From Candidatus Thorarchaeota archaeon (lineage in GTDB: Archaea > Asgardarchaeota > Thorarchaeia > Thorarchaeales > Thorarchaeaceae): a stretch of 48,190 bases of DNA. The stretch is taken from contig SDNP01000023.1 of the NCBI GenBank assembly GCA_004524445.1, positions 1 through 48,190 of the forward strand, in the 5' to 3' direction. The notes under the pieces were generated by a model. That model had not been told where the DNA came from. It worked only from the letters and a program-made list of their open reading frames with translations, and searched no databases. Positions 9,910 through 18,916 of the stretch are shown one piece after another. A program made the translations under genes and the position numbers. Numbering within the stretch: the stretch's first letter is position 1; each line of letters begins with the position of its first letter.

Positions 9910-10542
9910 ATGCCCATACGTTTGGTTGTATTTGATTTAGATGGTACTCTAACAACCCACAATAGTTCGTGGTGGCGGCTGCATGAGGTTTTTGGCACTC
10001 ATGAAGAGGGACAGAAATACTATGATCAGTATTTTGCGGGTGAAATTAACTATCAGCAATGGGCAGACCTGGACGCTGGCCTCTGGAAGGGTAAATCTCT
10101 TGCTGAGGTTGAACGAATCGCCAATGAAACCCACCTTGTTCCTGGAGCTCGGGAAACGATTGAAGAGCTTAAGAAACATTCTATTGATGTTGCTATCCTT
10201 TCAGGAGGCATTGACATATTAGCCAACAGAATAGCTGCGCGTCTGGCGATTGACTATGTCATGGTAAATAAAATCCACCACGAGAATGGTGCTTTGACAG
10301 GAGAAGTTGAGGTTGTTGTTGGGTGGGGTGGAAAGGCTGAAGAGATCAAACAAGTCTTCAATGATTTCAAAGTCCTTCCAGAAGACACTGCATTCGTTGG
10401 AGACGGAAAGAATGACGTTAGTGCATTCTCTGTTGTAGGTCTTTCTATTGCCTTCAATCCCGAACATGAAGAAGTGGCAAGAGCGGCAGACATAGTTGTT
10501 CGTGGAAATGATCTGAGAGCGATACTCAAGCATGTCCTTTAG
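9910..10542 (+). CDS. serB: HAD-IB phosphatase, phosphoserine-phosphatase-like
   Basis: FDLDGTL, LSGG, K, GDGKND, SIAFN. Confidence 0.8.
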   Translation: MPIRLVVFDLDGTLTTHNSSWWRLHEVFGTHEEGQKYYDQYFAGEINYQQWADLDAGLWKGKSLAEVERIANETHLVPGARETIEELKKHSIDVAILSGGIDILANRIAARLAIDYVMVNKIHHENGALTGEVEVVVGWGGKAEEIKQVFNDFKVLPEDTAFVGDGKNDVSAFSVVGLSIAFNPEHEEVARAADIVVRGNDLRAILKHVL

Positions 10543-10597
10543 AAGAGTGTTTTTCTTATCTTGAGTTGGCCTAAGTTTCAGTATCATTGTAACTTTA

Positions 10598-11746
10598 TCA
10601 GCCATATCGCATGCTGGAGCCGGTATTCAGAACAACAATTTCCTCGTCGTAGTCTACAATGCTGCTTTCAACCAAGTTCCTGAGACCAGAAAATCCTACA
10701 GCGGCTTCCGGGCATATATCAATGCCCTCAATTCTGGGTACCAGTTTCATCATGGGTTTTACTTCTGCCTCGGCTACCGCAACGGCGCCTCCTTCTGACT
10801 GGTTGATAATCTTCATTATTAGTCGGTCTGCAAAAGGTGATGGAACTCTTAGCCCGAAGGCGGAGGTTTCAGCATCAGTCCATGGTTCGATATCCCCTGA
10901 ATTCTTTTCGTACGCCCTTACAATTGGTGCGCATCCTTCGCTTTGCGCAGCAAACATCCGTGGTGTCTTGCGTTCAAGCAACCCGATTTGCTGTAGTTCC
11001 TCAATCCCCTTCCAAATCCCTAGCATTGCTGTTCCCCCTCCCGTGGGGCAAACGATAACGTCCGGTATATTCCAATCCAACTGTTCGGCAATTTCAAATG
11101 CTAGAGTCTTTTTGCCTTCCACTCGGAAGGGTTCTTTCGTAGTTGAAAGGTTTGTCCACTTCCCTCCAGCCTTGGCCATGGCTTCTCCACAATCTGAAAT
11201 ATTGCCATCGACTTCGTGAATTATTCCTCCATACATTTCACAGCCTTCAAAGAACGCCTTAGGCGTATCCTTTGGCATGAAGATATCAGCCTCTGCATTT
11301 CCTGCTGCTGAGTAAGCACATACTGAAACCGCCGCGTTCCCAGCTGAGGGCAATGCGAATCTTGTGGATCCAAGTTCTAGATGTTTTGATATTGCAACTG
11401 ATATTCCTCTATCTTTGAAACTGAGTGTCGGATTTCGAGCCTCATCCTTTACCCTAAGATTCTGAAGCCCTAGATGCTTTCCAAGCCGATTTGCAAACAA
11501 GAGCGGGGTCCATCCTTCTCCCAATGTGGTTATGTTTGATGGAGGTCTCACGGGAAGCAAATCTGCATATCTCCACAAAGAATTCTCGGTTGATGGGAAT
11601 TGATTAGACTGGGCAGCTTCTTCAACCAGCTTCATATTGTATCGTGCAAATAGAGGTGATCCACAGACGCAGTATGAAACATCTCTCCTTACAGAATGAC
11701 TTCTTCCACATGCAGGGCATTCAAGATGAGTCAGTCGTGTGAACAC
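10598..11746 (-). CDS. thrC: Threonine synthase-like PLP enzyme
   Basis: N-terminal CxxC...Cx[22 protein letters not shown] (PLP Lys), EGKKT, PTGGG, NTG. Confidence 0.85.
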   Translation of the reverse strand: MFTRLTHLECPACGRSHSVRRDVSYCVCGSPLFARYNMKLVEEAAQSNQFPSTENSLWRYADLLPVRPPSNITTLGEGWTPLLFANRLGKHLGLQNLRVKDEARNPTLSFKDRGISVAISKHLELGSTRFALPSAGNAAVSVCAYSAAGNAEADIFMPKDTPKAFFEGCEMYGGIIHEVDGNISDCGEAMAKAGGKWTNLSTTKEPFRVEGKKTLAFEIAEQLDWNIPDVIVCPTGGGTAMLGIWKGIEELQQIGLLERKTPRMFAAQSEGCAPIVRAYEKNSGDIEPWTDAETSAFGLRVPSPFADRLIMKIINQSEGGAVAVAEAEVKPMMKLVPRIEGIDICPEAAVGFSGLRNLVESSIVDYDEEIVVLNTGSSMRYG

Positions 11747-11820
11747 TAAATCAACTCATCTTTACTTCTATCCTCACTGTTATATGTGTCTGTGCCTTTT
11801 GGGGTTCGGAGGCAATAGAA

Positions 11821-13014
11821 CTGGAAACTGGTGAACGACTAGTTCTACCATTCACTGCATTAGTTGGCCTAGAGCGCCTTAAGCTAGCCCTACTGCTAAA
11901 TGGAGTGAATCCACGAATTGGTGGCGTTTTGGTCTCTGGTCCTAAGGGAACGGGCAAGACTACTATTGTCAGGGCCTTTGCGGATCTTCTGCCTGAGGTC
12001 GAGGTGGTAAAAGGTTGCCGCTTTGGCTGTAATCCAAACAATCCCGATGCGTTGTGTGCTGAATGCCGTACACGAAGAGATGACGGTGAGAAAATAGAAA
12101 CCACAACGCGGAAGATGAGAGTGGTGAATCTCCCTCTTTCGACCACAGAAGACCGCCTTGTGGGTTCGCTTGATATTGAGAAAGTCCTGCAAGAGGGAAT
12201 TCAAGCTCTGAAGCCCGGAATTCTAGCAGAAGCGCATCAAAACGTTCTCTATGTTGATGAAGTGAATCTTCTTCCTGACCACTTAGTTGATGATCTCCTT
12301 GATGCAGCGGCGACAAAAGTGAATGTGATAGAACGTGAGGGCATATCGATTTCACATGCTTCTGATTTTGTTCTCATGGGATCGATGAATCCCGAAGAAG
12401 GAGAATTGCGGCCTCAGCTTCTTGATAGATTTCCACTCCATATATCAGTAGGAGGAAAACATAGCATTGAGGAACGCATGGAACTAGTTAGACGAAATCT
12501 AGAGTTTGAAAAAGATCCTGATGCTTTCTCTAAGAAATGGTCGGAAGAGCAAAACGAGTTAAGGCGCAAAATTGTCCAAGCGAGAGAACTAGTGGACTCC
12601 GTATTCCTGCCGGATGCAAAACTAAGAGCTATCGCAATGGCTTGCGATGCATTGGAAGTCGACGGTGTCCGACCTGATATCATAATCAGCAAAGCCGCAA
12701 TTTCTCTGGCCGCATTTGACGGGAGAAAAGAAGTAAATCTTGAGGATATGAAATTAGCATCTCAGCTGGCTCTGAGCCATCGTACTAGACGTGGAGGTCT
12801 ATTGGAGCCACCCTCTGCTTCGGAGATTGACGAATCTATCTCGAAGGCACACGAAGTCGCCAAAAAAAGAGACAAGAGAAAATCGCCAACAGAAATGACT
12901 GAGGAATCCAAGGATAAATCTGGCCCCAGGATGAGTGGTGGCAAATTCGGTCGCCAGTCAACAGTTGCAGAAACTGATATGGCAAATGGCAAAAAAAAAC
13001 TCCGAAGAAAATAA
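11821..13014 (+). CDS. chlI: Magnesium/cobalt chelatase ChlI-like AAA+ ATPase (0-frame product)
   Basis: GPKGTGKT Walker [17 protein letters not shown] Walker [16 protein letters not shown]. The conserved [15 protein letters not shown]-terminus lies upstream of the GTG call; CTG at 11821 follows GGAGG (11808-11812). Confidence 0.88.
   Translation: METGERLVLPFTALVGLERLKLALLLNGVNPRIGGVLVSGPKGTGKTTIVRAFADLLPEVEVVKGCRFGCNPNNPDALCAECRTRRDDGEKIETTTRKMRVVNLPLSTTEDRLVGSLDIEKVLQEGIQALKPGILAEAHQNVLYVDEVNLLPDHLVDDLLDAAATKVNVIEREGISISHASDFVLMGSMNPEEGELRPQLLDRFPLHISVGGKHSIEERMELVRRNLEFEKDPDAFSKKWSEEQNELRRKIVQARELVDSVFLPDAKLRAIAMACDALEVDGVRPDIIISKAAISLAAFDGRKEVNLEDMKLASQLALSHRTRRGGLLEPPSASEIDESISKAHEVAKKRDKRKSPTEMTEESKDKSGPRMSGGKFGRQSTVAETDMANGKKKLRRK
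12991..13000 (+). other. Putative programmed -1 frameshift / slippage site (A9C)
   Basis: GGC AAA AAA AAA CTC. The -1 frame is open from 12978 through the vWA ORF; the 0 frame stops at 13012-13014. Confidence 0.7.
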
Positions 13015-14492
13015 GAAATCCAAGGGGTAATCCCATAAAGGGAACAATCCTCGTAATTATGATGGTCGTAGCTTTCTCATATTTTGCTTGGCTTGCTTTC
13101 AGCCCAATCAATTTTCTATTCGGAATTCCATTTGCCACATTTCCTCCTGCCCCGTTAATCATCATCAATTCCATTCTATACATTCCACTCATCTTTCTTT
13201 TAATTCGGAGATGGCTCCGTACAATGATGAACAGAAAGGGTGGTCCTGCTGCTGGGATTGATACTGTGGAGCCTGGCAAGGCGGTCGCAGAACCCGGTGA
13301 TGAGTGGGGGACAGCGACAAGATCGTATAAGGCAAAAGCCGAGTCTAAGGTAACAGGATCAAAATCTGAGATTCGTGGAACGCCCCTTACGCTAGATGAC
13401 GGGTTTTTCGTGAAGACGCCAGATATGGATACTGGGCAGCCTCTCTTCGACCCCGAGAAACTGAAGGCTAGAGCGATGGTTAAATCGAAGGTGTCGTCAG
13501 GTGGATGGAGTGATAAACGGGTCAGTTCACGAGCCACGGGGAGCCTAAAAGCATCGGAAACAGAGAAGCATGGACGCCCAACTAGGTCACGTAGACCTCA
13601 TAGGGAAATCTCAAACATTCACCTCCCCTCAACATTGTTGGCTACTGTTCTTCGAGAAGGCAAGAATAGAGAGGGCAAAGGCATTTCCATAAAAGCTGAA
13701 GATATCAGGGAGACTGTATTTAGTGGGAAGACCCCCCTGACTGTCATACTCGTTATTGATGTGAGTCTCTCAATGAAGAGAAGCATGTCAGAAGTGCGTA
13801 AATTGGTCGAAAGGGTAGAGAGAGAAACCAGAGGCTCCAAGGACCGAGTCGGAATTGTTGCCTTCAAAGACAGTGGTGCTGTAGAGATTCAAGCACCAAC
13901 AACCAACTGGAACAAAATCTATCGCTCACTCGCGAGGCTGCGCATTTCTGGTCTAACCCCTCTTGCTGATGCCTTGGTGAAGTCTCTAGAATCCATAAAG
14001 CGCGAACGAATGAGAAACGACCTAATTGAACCACTCGTTATAGTCATCTCTGACTTTAATCCAAACATACCCTTGGCTCAATCTGTTGGCCCCGGGCATG
14101 AAAGATATACTCCAATTAGAGACCTAGTGCGAGCATCACGAATTCTGAGGAAGCAGAAGGTACGAGTTGCGACAGTGAGCGTTGACTATGAGCAAGCGAA
14201 TTTTTCCAAATTTCTGAAAAGGCCGTTTCATGATGCTATGGAACTTGCAGCTCTACTCAGGATGAGAAAGGAAGGGTACAATGATATAATGGAGACCATT
14301 CTGTCCGTTCCTCCGTTCCGAAAAACATTCGGCGCGTATATTATTGCCCGTGCCAGTGGGGGACATGCCTTTCTTTCTAAGGAACTCCTGAACGCTCAAT
14401 CTGTGATTGGCACGATTCTGGCAGCAATTGAATCTAAGACAAAAATGAGTGTCAAGAATCTTCGTGAGGTAAAATCCTATTTGCAGCGCTGA
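12999..14492 (+). CDS. chlD: ChlD-like C-terminal part: two TM helices, linker, vWA domain (-1 frame; ORF track start 13059)
   Basis: MIDAS DVSLS, GLTPLA, ISD. ChlD-type IHLPSTL...I...DIRE segment precedes the vWA. No SD before ATG 13059. Confidence 0.8.
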   Translation, partial: TPKKIRNPRGNPIKGTILVIMMVVAFSYFAWLAFSPINFLFGIPFATFPPAPLIIINSILYIPLIFLLIRRWLRTMMNRKGGPAAGIDTVEPGKAVAEPGDEWGTATRSYKAKAESKVTGSKSEIRGTPLTLDDGFFVKTPDMDTGQPLFDPEKLKARAMVKSKVSSGGWSDKRVSSRATGSLKASETEKHGRPTRSRRPHREISNIHLPSTLLATVLREGKNREGKGISIKAEDIRETVFSGKTPLTVILVIDVSLSMKRSMSEVRKLVERVERETRGSKDRVGIVAFKDSGAVEIQAPTTNWNKIYRSLARLRISGLTPLADALVKSLESIKRERMRNDLIEPLVIVISDFNPNIPLAQSVGPGHERYTPIRDLVRASRILRKQKVRVATVSVDYEQANFSKFLKRPFHDAMELAALLRMRKEGYNDIMETILSVPPFRKTFGAYIIARASGGHAFLSKELLNAQSVIGTILAAIESKTKMSVKNLREVKSYLQR

Positions 14493-14540
14493 TTTCCAAC
14501 AATCAATCTGAATAATGCCGTCTCGATTAGATTATTAGCG

Positions 14541-14679
14541 CCCATGTGAAGCGATATTTGCGTACGGGATCCCACCATTTCCTGATGTCATAGTGAGTGT
14601 TGAGAGCCCTGAATTGGGTATTCGATGAAATCACTTTTCATACTTCAGGAACAGGGCCCGTATGCACTATTTACATGGG
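14541..14679 (+). ncRNA. Candidate long imperfect hairpin RNA / leader element
   Basis: Nested stems CCCATGTGAA/TTTACATGGG, TGCGTACGGG/CCCGTATGCA, TTCCTGA/TCAGGAA, AGTGA/TCACT, GCCC/GGGT, with G-U pairs on the + strand. Confidence 0.55.
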
Positions 14680-14689
14680 GAATGATTGA

Positions 14690-15700
14690 TTGCTACCGGG
14701 AAAGGTACCGCCAGAGATTCTAGAGAAGCATGTATTCACTCATTTGGGAAAGCAGCATCCTGACTTGATTCTAGGTCCTGCAATGGGTCAAGATGCATCT
14801 CTGATTCGTATTGGTGATAGAATCACTGTAGCGGCGACAGATCCGATTACTGGCTCAATTGAGGATATTGGATGGCTAGCTGTTCATGTAAATGCCAATG
14901 ATATAGCAACTTTCGGAGTGCGTCCTTCATGGTTTCTGTGTTCGATTATGTTGCCTGAAGGAACAGGAGTTCACGACATTGAGAAGATAATGAAGCAAAT
15001 TGATGAAGCAGCTCAAGGTCTTGGAATAGGTATAGCTGGCGGGCATACTGAGATCACTGCAGGACTAGACCGACCAATAATTGCCGGATTCATGTTGGGC
15101 GTGACTGAAGAAGGGCAGTATGTGACCTCCTCTGGTGCACAGCCTGGTGATTCAATCATCATGACAAAGTCAATTGCAATAGAAGGAACCGCCATCTTGG
15201 CTACGGAGGGTTATGATGTGCTATCTGAAACCCTTCCCCCCGAACTCCTCTCTCAAGGCAAATCTCTGAGAGCGAATATCAGCGTTGTCGAGGAAGGAAT
15301 CGCCGCATTTGAAACGGGTTATATCACTGCGATGCATGACCCAACAGAGGGTGGACTAGCTGGAGGGCTACACGAGCTTTGTGATGCCAGTTCAGTCGGT
15401 TGTGAAATTGAGTACAATTCAATTCCTATCGAGAATTCAACAAAGGCCATCTGTGAGCGGCTTGAAATTAATCCCCTGCGGCTGATCAGTAGTGGGTGTA
15501 TGTTAATCACTTGCAAGCAAGAACACACATCAAGCGTCATCGAGAAAATAGAAGAAGCTGGAGTTGGAGCATCAGTTATTGGCAAGATTGTTACTGACAG
15601 AACTAGAAGGGTTCTGATAATGGATGAGAGGACACAGGAATTCGATTATCCTGAAACAGATGAATTATGGCTTGGGCTAAAGAAAATCTCTAGCTCATGA
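14690..15700 (+). CDS. AIR synthase-related protein (HypE/ThiL-like family)
   Basis: GKVP, GQDA, ATDPIT, VNANDIA, GGHTE, HDPTEGG motifs. Confidence 0.88.
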   Translation: MLPGKVPPEILEKHVFTHLGKQHPDLILGPAMGQDASLIRIGDRITVAATDPITGSIEDIGWLAVHVNANDIATFGVRPSWFLCSIMLPEGTGVHDIEKIMKQIDEAAQGLGIGIAGGHTEITAGLDRPIIAGFMLGVTEEGQYVTSSGAQPGDSIIMTKSIAIEGTAILATEGYDVLSETLPPELLSQGKSLRANISVVEEGIAAFETGYITAMHDPTEGGLAGGLHELCDASSVGCEIEYNSIPIENSTKAICERLEINPLRLISSGCMLITCKQEHTSSVIEKIEEAGVGASVIGKIVTDRTRRVLIMDERTQEFDYPETDELWLGLKKISSS

Positions 15701-16466
15701 ATGATTTCAAATCCTGCATATGTTTCTCAGATATACAGTCTAATACTATTGGTGAGAGAGAAGCTTTGTTCTTCTCCAGAACCGTATGAACATCTAGCCC
15801 CTCTTTACCTGCTACCTCCACACCACGGAACCAATAGTATGTTCTTCCATGAGGGTCTATCCGCTCCTCTACTTCATTTCGCATTCTCACTCTGCTAGGT
15901 CTAGTTATCTCTATGACGGTATCTCTATTTGTTTCACATGGAAAATTAAGATTTAGCAAATCAATCCCAAGTGGAAGGCCCTTGTTCAGGATCTTGTTGA
16001 TAACTGTCATTGTGAGATCACAAACTATCTCATAGCTTCTTCTTGGACCATTTGGGTTGAACCAATCATCGGCGCCGGCTTCCATTGACACTGCGAGTGC
16101 AGGATACCCCTTCAGTGCAGCTTCCATTGCTGCGCCCACGGTTCCACTAGTCAGCAAGCTCTGATAGCCTAAGTTACCTCCTGCGTTAATTCCGGATACA
16201 AAGAGCTCGATTTCCTCTAACATTGAATCCGCAAGAACAACGGAGTCTGCAGGAGTTCCATCATGAGTTATTAATCTATATCCATTGATTTCATGATTTT
16301 CTAAAACACGAAGTGGTCGATTAAGCGTCAAAGATTTGCCTGTTGCGCTTCTTTGTGCATTTGGCGTTACCACTACGAGATTCTGCCTCTCGGATATTTT
16401 CTCCGCAAGTTTCTGAAGCCCAATGCTATATGGGCCGTCATCATTTGTCAGGCAAACCAGCTTCAT
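15690..16466 (-). CDS. surE: 5'/3'-nucleotidase SurE
   Basis: LTNDDG, GTPAD, SGINxGxN, SGTVGAAMEA, DPHGRTYYW. Confidence 0.95.
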   Translation of the reverse strand: MKLVCLTNDDGPYSIGLQKLAEKISERQNLVVVTPNAQRSATGKSLTLNRPLRVLENHEINGYRLITHDGTPADSVVLADSMLEEIELFVSGINAGGNLGYQSLLTSGTVGAAMEAALKGYPALAVSMEAGADDWFNPNGPRRSYEIVCDLTMTVINKILNKGLPLGIDLLNLNFPCETNRDTVIEITRPSRVRMRNEVEERIDPHGRTYYWFRGVEVAGKEGLDVHTVLEKNKASLSPIVLDCISEKHMQDLKSFMS

Positions 16467-16524
16467 AGTCTTTCTCCACTTGCCTCTTAAAGAGAGCGAA
16501 ATAGTTTGCTGATAAGATTGACGG

Positions 16525-16564
16525 AAAGAAAAAGATAGGGGCCGGAAGCGATTAGCCGCCTCCG
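16525..16564 (-). terminator. Hairpin plus T-tract after the histone gene
   Basis: Minus strand CGGAGGCG-GCTAAT-CGCTTCCG followed by GCCCCTATCTTTTTCTTT. Confidence 0.65.
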
Positions 16565-16599
16565 AACTTCATATACTACTAGGTTAATTCGAGGATTAA

Positions 16600-16770
16600 T
16601 CATAGGTCGTAAGGCTTGAGCGTCTTACGCTTGTTTGACTTAGTGCGCTCGGCAGCTGCTTTGAGCATTTTCTCAATGTGCTTGTCCAATGCGCCGTAGA
16701 AATCCCCGGCAACCTGCATGTTGTTTCTCTTCGCGAAATCCTGAATTGCTTTCTTTACAATATATGACAA
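16600..16770 (-). CDS. Archaeal histone-fold protein with truncated alpha3 (face-to-face type), 56 aa; not in ORF track
   Basis: MSYIVKKAIQDFAKRNNMQVAGDFYGALDKHIEKMLKAAAERTKSNKRKTLKPYDL. Has the RKTxxxxD histone motif, TTG start with GAGGTG SD, upstream CTTATAAG TATA-like element and its own terminator. Confidence 0.88.
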   Translation of the reverse strand: MSYIVKKAIQDFAKRNNMQVAGDFYGALDKHIEKMLKAAAERTKSNKRKTLKPYDL

Positions 16771-16893
16771 TTGAACACCTCACTTATGACAATGGGTAAC
16801 AATAGATATCTAGATACCCTCTTATAAGCATATCCAGAAATGAGGTTTAGGGCGCTCTGGAGCCCATAGTATGATGACCTTATAAGGGGCCTT

Positions 16894-17991
16894 TTATTTT
16901 TGTTTTTTCTCAAGAATATCTAAAATTTTGATTGCCGCTGTCCCGTCCCCATATGGGCAGCTCCTTCTCTTCTTTGGATTGTCTAATCCTTTCTTGATGC
17001 GTTTAGGAAATACGTCTTTATCGATGCCTACAACCATCACATGTCCCGAATTTACCGCTTCAGGCCGTTCAGTCGATGTTCTCAATACAAAAGCTTGCTT
17101 ATTCAAAGAGGGTGCTGTAACTTCCTCCTGCAACCCACCTGAATCAGTAATAATGAATGACGCCTCCTCCATTAAATAGAGGAATTGAAGGTATCCCACT
17201 GGTTCTATAATGCGGATTTTCGGTGAATCCTCCAACTTGAGAAGCATATCAAATGCTCTAAGTCTAGAGATGGTTCTTGGATGAGCTGGAAAAATAATGG
17301 GAGTTTCCAACCTTAGCAGGCCTTCAATGATTCCACTCAATATTTCTTTGTCATCCACATTCTCTGCACGATGTAATGTCAGGAGGGCGAATTCATCAGG
17401 CAGATTCATGTCGCTATTGGAAAACCGTTTTTGGGCAATAGGAATCCGGGATTCTAGTGTATCAATTACGGTGTTGCCGGTCACGAAAATCTCTCCCCAT
17501 ACTGACTCATCTTCCAAAATCCTCTTTGAGTTCTCGGTTGGTGCAAACAGATACGCTGATGCATGATCAGTCAGGCGGCGGTTGTGTTCCTCTGGCATTC
17601 TCACATCATAGCTCCTGAGCCCCGCCTCAACATGAGCAACCGGTATGTTCAGCTTTACAGCGGCCAGTGCTGCTGATAAGACTGCGTTCGTGTCGCCCTG
17701 GACTAGTACAACATCAGGTTTTTCCTGAATCAATTCCTTTTCTATTCCAACCAATGCTTTTGCTGTTTGGGTTGAATGCGACCCGGATCCAATATTCAGA
17801 TTCTTATCTGGTGCTGCAAGGTCCAGGTCCTTGAAGAATTCTTGACTCATCTTTCGTGAATAGTGCTGCCCAGTGTGAAGCACATAATGAGGTGTTCCCC
17901 GTTTCCTGCATTCATGAATGATGGGTGCCATCTTGATTATCTCTGGACGGGTACCAATCACTACAAAGATGTCTGGTTCTGCCATGGACAT
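16894..17991 (-). CDS. wecB: UDP-N-acetylglucosamine 2-epimerase (non-hydrolysing)
   Basis: GTRPEIIK, TGQH, QGDT, HVEAGLRS, PEE, HRAEN, TDSGGLQEE, TERPE, YGDG. Start 17991 or 17985. Confidence 0.95.
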   Translation of the reverse strand: MSMAEPDIFVVIGTRPEIIKMAPIIHECRKRGTPHYVLHTGQHYSRKMSQEFFKDLDLAAPDKNLNIGSGSHSTQTAKALVGIEKELIQEKPDVVLVQGDTNAVLSAALAAVKLNIPVAHVEAGLRSYDVRMPEEHNRRLTDHASAYLFAPTENSKRILEDESVWGEIFVTGNTVIDTLESRIPIAQKRFSNSDMNLPDEFALLTLHRAENVDDKEILSGIIEGLLRLETPIIFPAHPRTISRLRAFDMLLKLEDSPKIRIIEPVGYLQFLYLMEEASFIITDSGGLQEEVTAPSLNKQAFVLRTSTERPEAVNSGHVMVVGIDKDVFPKRIKKGLDNPKKRRSCPYGDGTAAIKILDILEKKQK

Positions 17992-18113
17992 GTGTATCGA
18001 TGGCATACGATAAAAGTCGAATGGTATAATGACCAGACTAGGACATTTAGAAAACACCTTTAAGATTCAAATCAATGGCATAATCGCAGCGCTCTGCAGG
18101 GTGTATATGTTCC

Positions 18114-18893
18114 ATGAGATACGGCTTTGGCATTTTGCTTGGTTTCGTTCTTTCGGGAGTAATATTTCTTGGAAGTACAGCAATCAAGATTCTCGGATTT
18201 GCAGCAGAGAGTTCATCTGCTCTTGCCAGTATGTGGAACCTATTCCTGGTGTGGTTTGTAATTTCCCTGATTATTCTCATTTCACCACTCATTATCGCCT
18301 TCATAGCCTATAAAGAGCAGTTCAAACAAATCCTCCTGTTTGAAATTGGTGGAGTATCATTTTTCACACCATTCTGGCTGGGAATTGCAACAGAACTCTC
18401 AGGAGAACCCTTCATGAATTTGCTGCGTAATGGTATTGAAGATGGGTTGCCCTATATCGACTCTCAGGGAATTGTAAGAGGTCTTAGCATAGGTCCAATT
18501 ATAGTCCTTCCCTCCTTGGTTGCAATGCTTGCTATCGGTTTGCTGATACTGCGCCCGTCTTTTGTCAAGTCATCAGGGACAAAACCTGAGAGCGCTGAAC
18601 TGTCCAAGTTGCGTGCTGATGCTGATGAGGCACCCCGGGTCGAAGCGGAAGTGATTTCCATAGAACCACCTGAAAGCAATGAAGAAAGCATTGCAGAAAT
18701 GAGAAGCATACTAACTGAAATCGGAATCGAAGCCGCTACAATTGATGCATTGCTCAATGCTGGATTTGGAAACATCACTGACCTCATGGGAACCAGTTCT
18801 GACCAGATTTCTTCTGATACTGGAATTGAGGTTTCAGAGATTCAGAAATTACAGATAAAACTTCAGAAACGAATTTGGTTCAGTGGCATCTGA
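18114..18893 (+). CDS. Membrane protein with C-terminal helix-hairpin-helix (RadA-N/HhH_5-like) domain
   Basis: About 4 hydrophobic segments, then IGIEAATIDALLNAGFGNITDL...ISSDTGI. Confidence 0.7.
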   Translation: MRYGFGILLGFVLSGVIFLGSTAIKILGFAAESSSALASMWNLFLVWFVISLIILISPLIIAFIAYKEQFKQILLFEIGGVSFFTPFWLGIATELSGEPFMNLLRNGIEDGLPYIDSQGIVRGLSIGPIIVLPSLVAMLAIGLLILRPSFVKSSGTKPESAELSKLRADADEAPRVEAEVISIEPPESNEESIAEMRSILTEIGIEAATIDALLNAGFGNITDLMGTSSDQISSDTGIEVSEIQKLQIKLQKRIWFSGI

Positions 18894-18916
18894 CGAAGAA
18901 TATGAGGTTCCTTCAA

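Noticed and set aside
14556-14586. Minus-strand AGGAAATGGTGGGATCCCGT resembling part of a cobalamin riboswitch next to a chelatase-like gene
   Set aside because: Other conserved elements (CCCGCxACTGT, GCCACTG, B12 box) are absent, and the orientation does not lead into any gene.
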